A stretch of DNA of 64,000 nt, from positions 768,001-832,000 of the forward strand of contig OZ243916.1 in NCBI GenBank assembly GCA_965213675.1. The letters run 5' to 3'. Shown one piece after another: positions 15,032 to 23,938 of this stretch (the first letter of the stretch is position 1; every line of letters begins with the position of its first letter). The stretch comes from an uncultured Candidatus Binatia bacterium. Lineage in GTDB: Bacteria > Desulfobacterota > Binatia > UBA9968 > JAJDTQ01. The notes under the pieces are model-generated. The model saw only the letters and a program-made list of their open reading frames with translations, searched no databases and was not told the DNA's origin. The position numbers and the translations under genes are program-made.

Positions 15032-15235
15032 ACCCGCCTGGACCGGCTTGAACCGGCATTCCGCGGACCGCCCAGGCCATTCCCATTCGTGGGCGATGTC
15101 CATCCGTCCTTTCGCACCACGCCGGTGCCGCCCCTCGGTGATGGCGAAATCCCCCCATATGTGGAATACTGCTTGCGGGTCGCCGGGATGCTGAAACACG
15201 CCGCAGAAGCACCGTTCCACGGACTCGCCAAAGCC

Positions 15236-16582
15236 ATGAAGCTCTACGTCCAAACCTGGGGCTGCCAGATGAATCAGCTCGACTCGGCGAGGATCGTCCA
15301 GCTCATGAAGTCCGCGGACTATGAGCCCACGGATCGTGTCGAGGAGGCGGATCTCATCATCCTGAACACCTGTAGCGTGCGCGACAAGGCGGAGCAGAAG
15401 GTATACAGCGCACTGGGACGGTGGCGGAAGCTGAAGGAAGAGAACGGCGCGGTGCTGGGTGTGGGTGGGTGCGTCGCGCAGCAGGAGGGTGAAACGCTGC
15501 TGCGCCGGGTGCCACACCTGGACCTGGTGTTCGGCACTCACAACATGCACAAGTTGCCGCAGATGGTGGAGGAGGCCCGGGAGGCGGCGCGACGTTCCGT
15601 GGAGACGGCCTTCTACCGCGACCCGTTCTATCTGGAGGATCCCTCGGGGCCGCCGGAGGTTGACGGCGCCAAGGCGTACCTCACCATCATGCAGGGATGC
15701 AACAAGGTGTGCAGCTTCTGCATTGTTCCGCGCACCCGTGGACGCGAGGTGAGCCGCGCCAGCGAAAACATCGTCCGGGACGTGGAGGAATTGGTACGGC
15801 GCGGCGTCAAGGAGGTCATGCTGTTGGGCCAGAACGTCAACTCCTACGGCCGTACGGCGGCAGGGGAGAGGTCGTTCGCGGAGTTGCTGGAGCGGGTCAA
15901 CGACATTCCCGGCATCCGGAGGATCCGCTTTACCACCTCCCATCCCCACGACCTCTCGCCTGAGCTGGTGGATGCCTTCGCCCGGCTGGAGAACCTCTGC
16001 GAGCACCTTCATCTGCCCCTTCAGTCCGGTTCCGATTCGGTGTTGGAGCGCATGCGTCGCGGCTACCGGCTCGACGAATACATGGAGCGCGTCCACTCGC
16101 TGCGCAAGCGGCGGCCGGACGTTGCCATAAGCACGGATATGATCGTAGGCTTTCCCGGCGAGACGGAGGCGGAGTTTGAGGAGACGCTGGCCGTGGTCCG
16201 CGACATCGAGTACGACGACATGTTCATCTTCACCTATTCGCCGCGTCCGCGCACGGTGGCGGCCAAGGTCTACCGCGACGACGTTCCCGAGGAGGTGAAG
16301 GGGAATCGCTGCCAGAGGCTGCAGGAGCTGCAGAAGAGCATCTCGCTCAGGAAGAACCGCAGCCTCATCGGCACGGATCAGGAGATTCTGGTGGAAGGGC
16401 CGTCCAGGCTGGGCAGAGATCAACTCATGGGCCGTACCAGGACCAACCGGATCGTCAACTTCACGTCCGGCGACGCCATGCCGGCCGAGATGGCGCGGGT
16501 CCGCGTGGTTGGCGCAACGCCCAATTCACTGGTCGGCGAGGAGCAAGGGAGGTCAAGCAATGAGTGGTCCTCAAGCAATTGA
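15236..16582 (+). CDS. miaB: tRNA ms2i6A37 methylthiotransferase MiaB
   Basis: TWGCQMN, LNTCSVR, GCVAQ, radical SAM motif GCNKVCSFCIVP, C-terminal TRAM domain. Confidence 0.97.
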   Translation: MKLYVQTWGCQMNQLDSARIVQLMKSADYEPTDRVEEADLIILNTCSVRDKAEQKVYSALGRWRKLKEENGAVLGVGGCVAQQEGETLLRRVPHLDLVFGTHNMHKLPQMVEEAREAARRSVETAFYRDPFYLEDPSGPPEVDGAKAYLTIMQGCNKVCSFCIVPRTRGREVSRASENIVRDVEELVRRGVKEVMLLGQNVNSYGRTAAGERSFAELLERVNDIPGIRRIRFTTSHPHDLSPELVDAFARLENLCEHLHLPLQSGSDSVLERMRRGYRLDEYMERVHSLRKRRPDVAISTDMIVGFPGETEAEFEETLAVVRDIEYDDMFIFTYSPRPRTVAAKVYRDDVPEEVKGNRCQRLQELQKSISLRKNRSLIGTDQEILVEGPSRLGRDQLMGRTRTNRIVNFTSGDAMPAEMARVRVVGATPNSLVGEEQGRSSNEWSSSN

Positions 16583-17075
16583 AATGACCGTGGCGGGCTT
16601 GACGCTCGATCAGGTGACCCGGACGCCCATCGTGGTCCTCAAGGACTCCGAGAACAAGCTGCAGTTGCCCATCTGGATCGGGCTGCTGGAGGCCACGGCC
16701 ATGGCGACGGAGATCGAAGGCATCAAGATGGCCCGCCCCATGACCCATGACCTTTTCAAGAACGTGCTCTCCGAGCTCGGCGGTACGGTCAAGAGGGTGG
16801 CCATCACCGAGCTCAAGGAGAATACCTACTACGCGGTCATCACGCTGCTGGTGGGAGACCGTGAGGTGGCCATGGACTCGCGGCCGAGCGACGCCATTGC
16901 CATGGCGCTCCGGAGCAAGACCCCCATCTACGTCGCCAAGGAAGTGCTGGAGCAGTCGAGCGTCCTGCAGCAGACCGAAGAGGGGGGAGACCCGGATTTC
17001 GCCAACGTCTCGAAGGAGAAGTGGGGCGAGATCCTGGACAAGATGTCCCCCGACGACTTCAAGTACAAGATGTAA
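16560..17075 (+). CDS. Bifunctional nuclease family protein (DUF151)
   Basis: LPIWIG..EA, RPMTHDL, DSRPSDAIAMALR; follows miaB. Confidence 0.93.
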   Translation: MSGPQAIEMTVAGLTLDQVTRTPIVVLKDSENKLQLPIWIGLLEATAMATEIEGIKMARPMTHDLFKNVLSELGGTVKRVAITELKENTYYAVITLLVGDREVAMDSRPSDAIAMALRSKTPIYVAKEVLEQSSVLQQTEEGGDPDFANVSKEKWGEILDKMSPDDFKYKM

Positions 17076-17099
17076 GCCAGACCTGGAGAAACAGCCGGA

Positions 17100-17801
17100 A
17101 TGGTCGCGCCGAGAAAACGCATTCTGAGAAAGGAAATACGCCAGCCGGACCGGTTCATGGTATGGACGGGTCTGGTCCTGGACTGGATCAAGGCGTACAC
17201 GCGCCCGTTGATCGGTGCGGGAGCGGCCATCGTGTTGGTGGTGGCCGCGGTGCTCGGATGGCAGTACTACCGCGGCTACCGGCAGGATCTGGCGGCGCAG
17301 GATTACAACAAGGCTCTCATCGAGTATCAGGAAGGCCGTTACGAGGCCGCTCTGGAAGCCTTTCGGAACCTCCGGGCGCAAGGGGAGGCGCCATACGATC
17401 AGCTCGCGGACCTTTATGTGGCCAATAGCCATGTGGCGCTGAAACAACCGGCCAAGGCCGTGGAAGTGCTGGAGAGCGTTGCCGGCGCGGAACCCGATGG
17501 TATCGTGGGCCAGGTTATGCTGGTGACTCTGGGTCTTGCCCAGGAAATGAACGGCGCCTGCGATGAAGCCATCGTCACGCTGAGCCGCGCTCTGGATCGA
17601 CAGGGCCCGTCACGCCAGGAAGCCATGCTGGGAAAAGCGCGTTGCAGCGCCCACCTCGGCAAGACCCAGGACGCGGCGGAGACTTACAAAGCCTATCTCA
17701 AGGAATTCCCCGAAGGAGAAACCGTGGAGATCGCTCTACGGCTACAGCAGTTGGAAGGCAGTTCCACCAAACCCGCCAGCGCCACCAAACCCACCCAATA
17801 G
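17100..17801 (+). CDS. Membrane-anchored TPR protein (YfgM-like)
   Basis: RKEIRQPD-F, a single TM helix, then TPR-like helices. Confidence 0.8.
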   Translation: MVAPRKRILRKEIRQPDRFMVWTGLVLDWIKAYTRPLIGAGAAIVLVVAAVLGWQYYRGYRQDLAAQDYNKALIEYQEGRYEAALEAFRNLRAQGEAPYDQLADLYVANSHVALKQPAKAVEVLESVAGAEPDGIVGQVMLVTLGLAQEMNGACDEAIVTLSRALDRQGPSRQEAMLGKARCSAHLGKTQDAAETYKAYLKEFPEGETVEIALRLQQLEGSSTKPASATKPTQ

Positions 17802-18080
17802 CCACGCATCACCGGAATTCCGCAGTGAACCCAGAGAACTTGCTGCCGTCAGGACTATCCCAAGCTGCCGATATGCTCGGAAGTGGGAGGTTCGGACGGG
17901 TTCCTTCCGACGAAACGACGCCTCGCAGGGACTGGAACGAACCCCATCTAGCCGTCCACGCGGATGCACGGTCAGCGTAGGATCATCCTGGCGCGCCGTG
18001 TTCCGGTCAATCGCGGACCGACGATGCCCCGCGACGGTAGTCCTTCGCCAACCGAAGCCCACTTCATACAAACAAACAAA

Positions 18081-18108
18081 ACGTCTGATAATGTATATTA
18101 TGTCAACT
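18081..18108 (+). other. Chromosomal dif site (XerC/XerD)
   Basis: ACGTCTGATAA-TGTATA-TTATGTCAACT versus E. coli dif GGTGCGCATAA-TGTATA-TTATGTTAAAT; intergenic, located at the gene-strand switch. Confidence 0.85.
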
Positions 18109-18199
18109 TTCATATCGGCGCGGGCGCGCCGATATGAAAGCCGACATAATATGCCCAAGGTTGTAGAAGGCCGACATAGTGTGGCCAAGGTTGTAAACA
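18095..18199. repeat. 28-bp inverted repeat overlapping dif, plus two 30-bp tandem repeats
   Basis: 18095-18122 pairs with 18125-18152 (2 mismatches). gccgacataatatgcccaaggttgta at 18140 recurs as gccgacatagtgtggccaaggttgta at 18170. Confidence 0.85.
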
Positions 18200-18288
18200 G
18201 TTTGTGAGTGCGATTCGAGACAGGGCCTACGAAGCGTCAGGCCCGCGAGAATAGTTTGTGGGGATAGATTCGAGACACGGCCTCAAGA

Positions 18289-18341
18289 TGTCATTCCCGC
18301 GAAAGCTTGCCCTCGACCCCGATCGGGGGCGGGAATCCAGG
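18289..18341. repeat. GTCATTCCCGC...GCGGGAATCCA palindromic REP-like element
   Basis: Related copy at 57596-57624. Confidence 0.7.
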
Positions 18342-18392
18342 CGGGGCGTGGGTGGGGAGACCGCCGTAGTTCCCTCTTCCCGGATTGCCGCT

Positions 18393-18418
18393 GTAGGGGT
18401 GACCGCCGGTCGCCCTAC
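18393..18418. repeat. GTAG-type REP-like palindrome
   Basis: gtaggggtgaccgccggtcgccctac; related hairpins at about 46889-46918 and 62180-62209. Confidence 0.65.
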
Positions 18419-18463
18419 GGTCATCGCGGGTTGTGCGCCAGCTTCGGTCCAACGGACGAAGGG

Positions 18464-18805
18464 TCAGGTCATCCGCTTCTTGGCGGGAGGTTGTTTCTCG
18501 ATTTCGTCAGGGGTTGGCTTGGCTCGTCCCCCCTGGAGGAGGAACAGGCGTGTTCTGACGTGCTGGCGCCGGTGGTGGTAACTCCAGACGCCGTAGGCGT
18601 TGTCGCTGAGGGTGTGGATTCCCTCGGCTAGGGGTTGGGCGCTCATGTCGCTGCACGTGGTGAACCGGGAGCGTGGGATCCATTGCCGATGGTACGCGCA
18701 GTTGCCGGAGCCTGCGCTCCCGGGCGTGGGCTGCAGGTAGAGACAGTAGTCGCAGGTATTTTCCCAGTCGGGATAACGGCGGCGGCGCTTGGACTGTTTT
18801 GGCAT
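18464..18805 (-). CDS. Small Cys-rich hypothetical protein (possible metal binding)
   Basis: 113 aa with CDYC...CAYH...C; GAGGAG upstream; follows the PDO-rhodanese gene. Confidence 0.6.
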   Translation of the reverse strand: MPKQSKRRRRYPDWENTCDYCLYLQPTPGSAGSGNCAYHRQWIPRSRFTTCSDMSAQPLAEGIHTLSDNAYGVWSYHHRRQHVRTRLFLLQGGRAKPTPDEIEKQPPAKKRMT

Positions 18806-18864
18806 GATCGGCAGGCTTGGCTGAGGAGTTGGAGGGTGGAGTTTCGATCATGCGGGACGGCCGG

Positions 18865-19902
18865 CTAACGTTCCACGGGCAGGCCCGCCTCATTCCAGGC
18901 GACAAGGCCGCCGGCCAGGTTGGAGACGTCCGCAAAGCCCGACCTGCCGAGGATGGCCGCGGCCGTGGCGCTTCGCATTCCGGCCCGACAGACGGTGACC
19001 ACCGGGACTTGCTTGTGTCGCTGAATCTCTTCCAGGCGGTTCATGAGTTCACGCAGCGGCACCAGGACGCTGCCGGGCAAGTGGCCCAAGTCCCCGGAAT
19101 ACTCCGTGGGTTCGCGGACATCCACCAATACTGGCGGCTTGCCAGAGGCCAGCATCGCCTGGAGGCCTTCGACGTCCACCACCTGGACCTTCTTGAGCTC
19201 GCCCCAGTCGGGGAAGCTGATCTCGTCGCATCCGAGGGCGGACTGGTTGGGTTGCAGCACATCCTGGATGTTCTGGGGCGGTGAGAGATTGAGGTTGTTC
19301 ATCAGGTCGATAAAGTCCGGACGCGCGCGGTTGGCGAGACGTGGATTGGTGCGCTTCTCCGCTTCGATGGTGGAGGTGGTGTGGCCGCGGTAATCGTGGC
19401 CTGGATGGATCACGGTTTCCCCGGGTAGTGTGAAGAGCTTCTGCGTGACGGAATCGTATTGAGCGCCCGCATCGCCGCCGGCGAAGTCGGTTCGCCCACA
19501 GCCGCCGATGAACAGCGTGTCGCCGGTGAGGACGTGCCCTTCCACCAACAGGCTCATACCGTCAGGGGTGTGTCCGGGTGTGTGCAGGACTCGCACGGCG
19601 AGATCACCCACCGAGAACATCTCGCCGTCTTCCAGGTGGACGTCGACGGCCGGACTGGGCGCCCATTTGTGCATGGCTATGGGTGAACCCACCAGGAAAC
19701 GCAACTGCGGACAACCGCTCAGATGGTCGGCGTGGGTGTGCGTGTCGATGACCAGATCGAGTTCCAGGCGGTGGTAGGCGAGCACGGCCAGGTAACGTTC
19801 GACGTGGGGGTAAAGAGGGTCCACCAGAACGGCTCGTCCCCTGCCCTCGTCGGCTATAAGGTAGGTCTTGCTGCTCTCTCCGTTCAGTTCCCGCAGGATC
19901 AT
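18865..19902 (-). CDS. Persulfide dioxygenase (ETHE1-like MBL fold)-rhodanese fusion
   Basis: THTHADHLSG, HTPGHT, TGDTLFIGGCGRTDF, PGHDY, EKRTNPRL; C-terminal DVREP..GHLPG..VCRAGMRS..GGLVAW. Confidence 0.93.
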   Translation of the reverse strand: MILRELNGESSKTYLIADEGRGRAVLVDPLYPHVERYLAVLAYHRLELDLVIDTHTHADHLSGCPQLRFLVGSPIAMHKWAPSPAVDVHLEDGEMFSVGDLAVRVLHTPGHTPDGMSLLVEGHVLTGDTLFIGGCGRTDFAGGDAGAQYDSVTQKLFTLPGETVIHPGHDYRGHTTSTIEAEKRTNPRLANRARPDFIDLMNNLNLSPPQNIQDVLQPNQSALGCDEISFPDWGELKKVQVVDVEGLQAMLASGKPPVLVDVREPTEYSGDLGHLPGSVLVPLRELMNRLEEIQRHKQVPVVTVCRAGMRSATAAAILGRSGFADVSNLAGGLVAWNEAGLPVER

Positions 19903-19980
19903 GGCTGCCTTCTCCGCTTTGCCATAACTTCTCCGAGCCCGCCGAAGTGCCTTGCCGCTGGGCTCAGGCCGAAGGGCGGC

Positions 19981-21138
19981 TTAGAAGTAGCGCCATAGCC
20001 ACCATTTTTCGAACAGGACCTTGCTCCAGTAGATCATCCGGGAGGGTCCCCAGGACCGTGAATCGGTGGCGCCGAAGGGCGGCCATCCCTGAGGGTACGT
20101 GGTGCGGTTGGCGGCGGCGCGTCCCGCGCCGCAGGAAAGCAGTCATATGGTGTGCAAATGAAGGGTGGACAACTCCCCTTCCCCGGTGATCTCCGCCACC
20201 AGGTTGTCCGCCACCACGTCCGCTTCCTGATGCGCCACTCCGCCCGCCTTGGACGCGGGCATGTTGGCGCAGTCGCCGATGGCGTAAACGTTCTCCCACT
20301 TGGTTTCCAGGGTGTCGTAATCCACCTGGATGCCGGCTTCGTTGTCCACCAGTCCACAGTCGTAAAGCACCCTGGAGGGCCGGTGCGGCGGCACCATGAA
20401 GAGCAGGTCGTAGGACAGCTCATAGCCGTACAGGCCGTGGACGCGCTTCTTCTCCGGGTCGATGGACTGGATGACGAAGTCGTAGTGGATGGTGACGTTG
20501 CGTTTCTTGCTCTGGGCGTCCATCCACACCGACGGCATGTGTTCCTCGCCCGCGGGCTCAGGCTCGCGGGTAAAATACTGGATGTCCACCAAGTCGCGGA
20601 TGTTGCGTTCCTTGAAGTAGCTGTCCAGCATCCACTGGGCCTCGTACGGCGCCGGCGGACAGCGGTAGGGGCCCAGCGGCACGCCCACCATCACGCGCCC
20701 TTCGCGGAAGCTCTCGAGGCTGGTCTTGAGCCGCAACGCGGCGTCCATTTCCCAGGGATGATGCGCCCCTTCGGCGAAGCCGGGAAGCAGGTCGGGTCTC
20801 ACTTCCAGGCCCAGCGAAACCACAAGGTAGTCGTAGGGGATGGCCGTGCCATCCAGAATCACCTGCTGGCGGCCGGGGTCGATTCCCAGGATCTCCGCCT
20901 GAAGGACCCGGATGTTGCGCTTCTCCAGGCGCTTGAGTTTGCGGGATATGTCCTCGGGCCGGCGCTGCCCGACCATGAGGAACAGGAAGGCGGGCATGAA
21001 GACGTGATCCGTCCGGCGGTCGATGAGGGTGATGTCGTGGTCCGCGCCGAGAGCGCGGCCCAGCTTGGTGGCCGCGACCACCCCGCCGCTCCCGCCTCCG
21101 AGGACGACGATCTGTTTCCTTCCGTTATGGTAATGCAT
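19981..21138 (-). CDS. sqr: Sulfide:quinone oxidoreductase family flavoprotein, 385 aa, with an in-frame TGA (20143-20145) read as probable selenocysteine
   Basis: GGGSGG FAD motif, CPPAPYE, AIGD, KAGGVA. After HTI-TGA the frame continues LLSCGAGRA...GPSRMIYWSKVLFEKWWLWRYF-TAA, the typical SQR C-terminus. Confidence 0.85.
20114..20132 (-). promoter_or_regulatory. Putative bacterial SECIS element
   Basis: GCGGCGCG-GGA-CGCGCCGC starts 10 nt after the UGA; perfect 8-bp stem with a G-starting loop 18 nt downstream of the UGA. Confidence 0.7.
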
Positions 21139-21159
21139 CCCTGTGTGGTCCCGTCGCCG

Positions 21160-21369
21160 TCAGGAAGCGTCTCGCTGCCGCCGCCTGGCGCGCAGAGCGA
21201 GCCCCTTGAGATTACGCATCCGCCGGTCGCGCCACAAGCGCTGTTCCTGCCGGCCCTCGTCGGTCAGCTCGGATTCAAATCGTGAAGTGCCGCGGATCAG
21301 GAGCAGCACCAAAAGGTCGGAACACGCCTTGAGGCGCTCCGCAAACCATGTGAGGAGTCCGCCGGACAT
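21160..21369 (-). CDS. Short hypothetical protein
   Basis: MSGGLLTWFAERLKAC... fills the gap between the DapA-like gene and sqr; no recognisable motif. Confidence 0.35.
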   Translation of the reverse strand: MSGGLLTWFAERLKACSDLLVLLLIRGTSRFESELTDEGRQEQRLWRDRRMRNLKGLALRARRRQRDAS

Positions 21370-21376
21370 GGCCGCG

Positions 21377-22342
21377 TCAACGGAGGAACGTGTCTTCCTG
21401 GGCAAGCTGGACCGCGGCCTGATCAAAGGCGACCTCGTCCGGTTCGCCATCCCCCAGGATGCCGATCTGGCTCAGGAACTGGCCGATCTGCGCGTGATCC
21501 CGCGGGCTCACCGGCGAGTACGGCCGCGCCGGATCCCCGATGTCCACGCCGAAATGCTTGAGGGCCGACTTCATGATCGGGGGCAACCCGTAGGCGCCCC
21601 ACTTGCCTGGGAAGAGCGTGAAGCAACGTTGCCAGTAGCGCGCCTTGTCCACATCGCCATCCCGGAAAGCCCGCACCACCCGCGCGCCGATGCGTGTTCC
21701 CGGCGGCGGCATGGTGGCGCCGGCGCCTCCCATCATGAGCGTGGTCAACAGCGGCTGCATGGTGGTGAAGTAGTTGGCTTTGCCGGCAAGCTGAATCTGC
21801 TCGATGAGTCGGGTGATTTTGGTAATGTCCCTCGAGCTTTCCTTGAAGTAGTCCACCTTGTTCAGCTCGCTCAGCCGCACGAATGCGTCGAGGGGCGGGT
21901 CGGCGCCCGGACCGGGGTTGTGATAGGCGACGATGGGCAACGGACTCGCCGATGCCACCTCGGTGAAGAACTGCACCAGATCCGAGATGGTCGGTTGTCC
22001 GCCCCAGGGACGAATGGGCATCAGCACCTGAATCAGGTCGCCGCCCACGGCTGCGGCGTGCTCGGCCAGATCCAGGATGGTGTCGATGGAGTGACTGGAG
22101 GCCCCGAGGATGACGGGCACGCGCTTGTTGACGATTTCCGTGGCGCGCCGCATCACTTCCTTGCGATCAGCAAGCGAGAGGACCGTGTATTCCGACGCTT
22201 CCACCGCGGCGATGGAGACCGCGTCGCAATCGGCCACGAGAAACTCGATCTCGCGCGCCAGGCCGTCGTAGTCCACCTGCCCGTCGTCCGTGAACGGGGT
22301 CAGGGCCGCGCCGATGATTCCTCTGATGGGGCTAGCCAGCAT
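21377..22342 (-). CDS. Dihydrodipicolinate synthase/N-acetylneuraminate lyase family protein
   Basis: ALTPF.DDGQVD, PVILGA, YHNP, Schiff-base Lys in YFKESS. Confidence 0.88.
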   Translation of the reverse strand: MLASPIRGIIGAALTPFTDDGQVDYDGLAREIEFLVADCDAVSIAAVEASEYTVLSLADRKEVMRRATEIVNKRVPVILGASSHSIDTILDLAEHAAAVGGDLIQVLMPIRPWGGQPTISDLVQFFTEVASASPLPIVAYHNPGPGADPPLDAFVRLSELNKVDYFKESSRDITKITRLIEQIQLAGKANYFTTMQPLLTTLMMGGAGATMPPPGTRIGARVVRAFRDGDVDKARYWQRCFTLFPGKWGAYGLPPIMKSALKHFGVDIGDPARPYSPVSPRDHAQIGQFLSQIGILGDGEPDEVAFDQAAVQLAQEDTFLR

Positions 22343-22359
22343 CCGTCACTCCAGATTTC

Positions 22360-23013
22360 TCACTGCAACTCGGCGACGATCCTCGCGTGCGCCGCGTCGC
22401 TGCCCTGAACCTTGAGGGGCAGCGCCATGATGCGGCAGTTCCGACCTGCGATGGCGCCGAGATTGGTGACGTTCTCGGCGATCAGCACGTCGTTCCCCAG
22501 CAAGGTTCGATGCACCGGAAAGTCGAAGCCTTTGGGCCGAAGCGGGGTGGGCAAGTCCACTGTAATGCAGTCGATGCCGAAGAGTTTCACCCCGCGCTGG
22601 ACGATCCATTCTGCCGCATCTACGGACAGATAGGGGTGCATATTGTATTCATCACTTTCAAATTTCTCGTCCCAACCGGTGTGCAGCATGAGGATGTCGC
22701 CGCGGTTGACGGGCACCCCGGATCCTTCCAGATCCCTGGCCGTGACCTCCTTGCCGCCGTCCGTCTGCACGGAGATGACCGCGCCCGGGCCCATGAACGC
22801 CTCGAGGGGCAGTTCCTCGATGGATTTGCCGTCGGGCACGATGTGCACGGGAGCGTCCACGTGGGTGCCTGCGTGAACAGGCAGGTTGATCTCGGTGACG
22901 TTGAGCGGATGGCCTTTGCCGAGGTCGAAAAACCGCTGCACATGCACGTCCGGCAGCGCCGGGATCTTGGGCATGCCGTCGTAGATGAGGCGCGAGAGAT
23001 CGATGATGGACAT
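22360..23013 (-). CDS. Cyclase / kynurenine formamidase family metallohydrolase
   Basis: IDLS, HAGTHVDAP.H, GID, H..LL..IAENVTNL, PLK...D....R. Confidence 0.92.
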   Translation of the reverse strand: MSIIDLSRLIYDGMPKIPALPDVHVQRFFDLGKGHPLNVTEINLPVHAGTHVDAPVHIVPDGKSIEELPLEAFMGPGAVISVQTDGGKEVTARDLEGSGVPVNRGDILMLHTGWDEKFESDEYNMHPYLSVDAAEWIVQRGVKLFGIDCITVDLPTPLRPKGFDFPVHRTLLGNDVLIAENVTNLGAIAGRNCRIMALPLKVQGSDAAHARIVAELQ

Positions 23014-23031
23014 GGTGGTGTTCCTGACGGA

Positions 23032-23781
23032 TCAGGCCGAAGCGCCGTTGCGCCACGCGGCGTAGATGGGATCCTTGTCGACGAAGGCGCGTTTGATGCC
23101 GTCAAACGCCAGCCAGAACTGGTCCAGGGTCTTTCGCACGGACTGGCGCACCACATCCTGCTGTGGGTCCGTGACGGCGTAACGGCTCACCGCCAACGGT
23201 CCTACCTTCATGTGTTCCTCGTCCACGCCCATGTGCAGGGTCCAGTAACGGATGTCGTCGCTTTCCCGGTCGAAGCCGTAGTGGGTGGTCAGTCCGGTGA
23301 CGATGCGGCTCATGCGCTCGCTGGCCGTGCCTTCCAGGCAGAAACCCTGGCAGGCGTAAAGCTCGAGCCACGAGCGCTGGTACATGAGCAGGTCGCGCCA
23401 GTCGAGAAACGCCGAGGTTTCGGGCAACGGCTGCACCGCATCGAGCTCTGCCTTGGACGCGTAGCCGCAATTCATCGCGAAACGGATGAAAAGGCCGCGG
23501 TGGCTGTCCGTGCCGGAGATCTCGCCTGTGCCCTCTTCCACCACGTTCTCGATCCACATCCGTTCCAGCTCGGGGTCCTCGGGGCAGCGCCCGAGCATGG
23601 CCGCGATGGGCTTGGGGAAGGGCTTGGGGAAAAAAAGGTAGAACTGGCCCACGAACCCCTTGAGCGCTTCGCGGTCCAGTTCTCCCCGTTCGATCATCCC
23701 GATCAGCGGGTTGTCCTTGGAATGTTTGGCGCGCACCGCTTCGTGTATCTCGTTGACGAACTCTTCGCCGGAAAGTGCCAT
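23032..23781 (-). CDS. Heme-oxygenase-like diiron enzyme (CADD/PqqC/TenA superfamily)
   Basis: NVVEE...SH, LE, YWTLH..VDEEH ligand pattern. Confidence 0.8.
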   Translation of the reverse strand: MALSGEEFVNEIHEAVRAKHSKDNPLIGMIERGELDREALKGFVGQFYLFFPKPFPKPIAAMLGRCPEDPELERMWIENVVEEGTGEISGTDSHRGLFIRFAMNCGYASKAELDAVQPLPETSAFLDWRDLLMYQRSWLELYACQGFCLEGTASERMSRIVTGLTTHYGFDRESDDIRYWTLHMGVDEEHMKVGPLAVSRYAVTDPQQDVVRQSVRKTLDQFWLAFDGIKRAFVDKDPIYAAWRNGASA

Positions 23782-23824
23782 CGACTCTGCTCTCCCTCGT
23801 TGGATTGACTTGTTGTGGGATGCG

Positions 23825-23863
23825 GCCGGTCCCGATGTCGCGTCCGTCGACATCGGGACCGGC
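23825..23863. terminator. 16-bp perfect intergenic hairpin
   Basis: gccggtcccgatgtcg-N7-cgacatcgggaccggc; no U-tract, so it may be an mRNA stabiliser instead. Confidence 0.45.
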
Positions 23864-23938
23864 GGGGCATTACAACGAAACCGGAGTGTTACTGGAAAGC
23901 CTCCGCCATCGCAACCGTTGTGGCCGCCAAGCCGTGCC

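Noticed and set aside
20143-21138. SQR as a complete 331-aa protein or a simple truncated pseudogene
   Set aside because: The conserved C-terminal helix continues in frame after the TGA and a SECIS-like hairpin follows, so read-through fits better. A nonsense mutation is not formally excluded.
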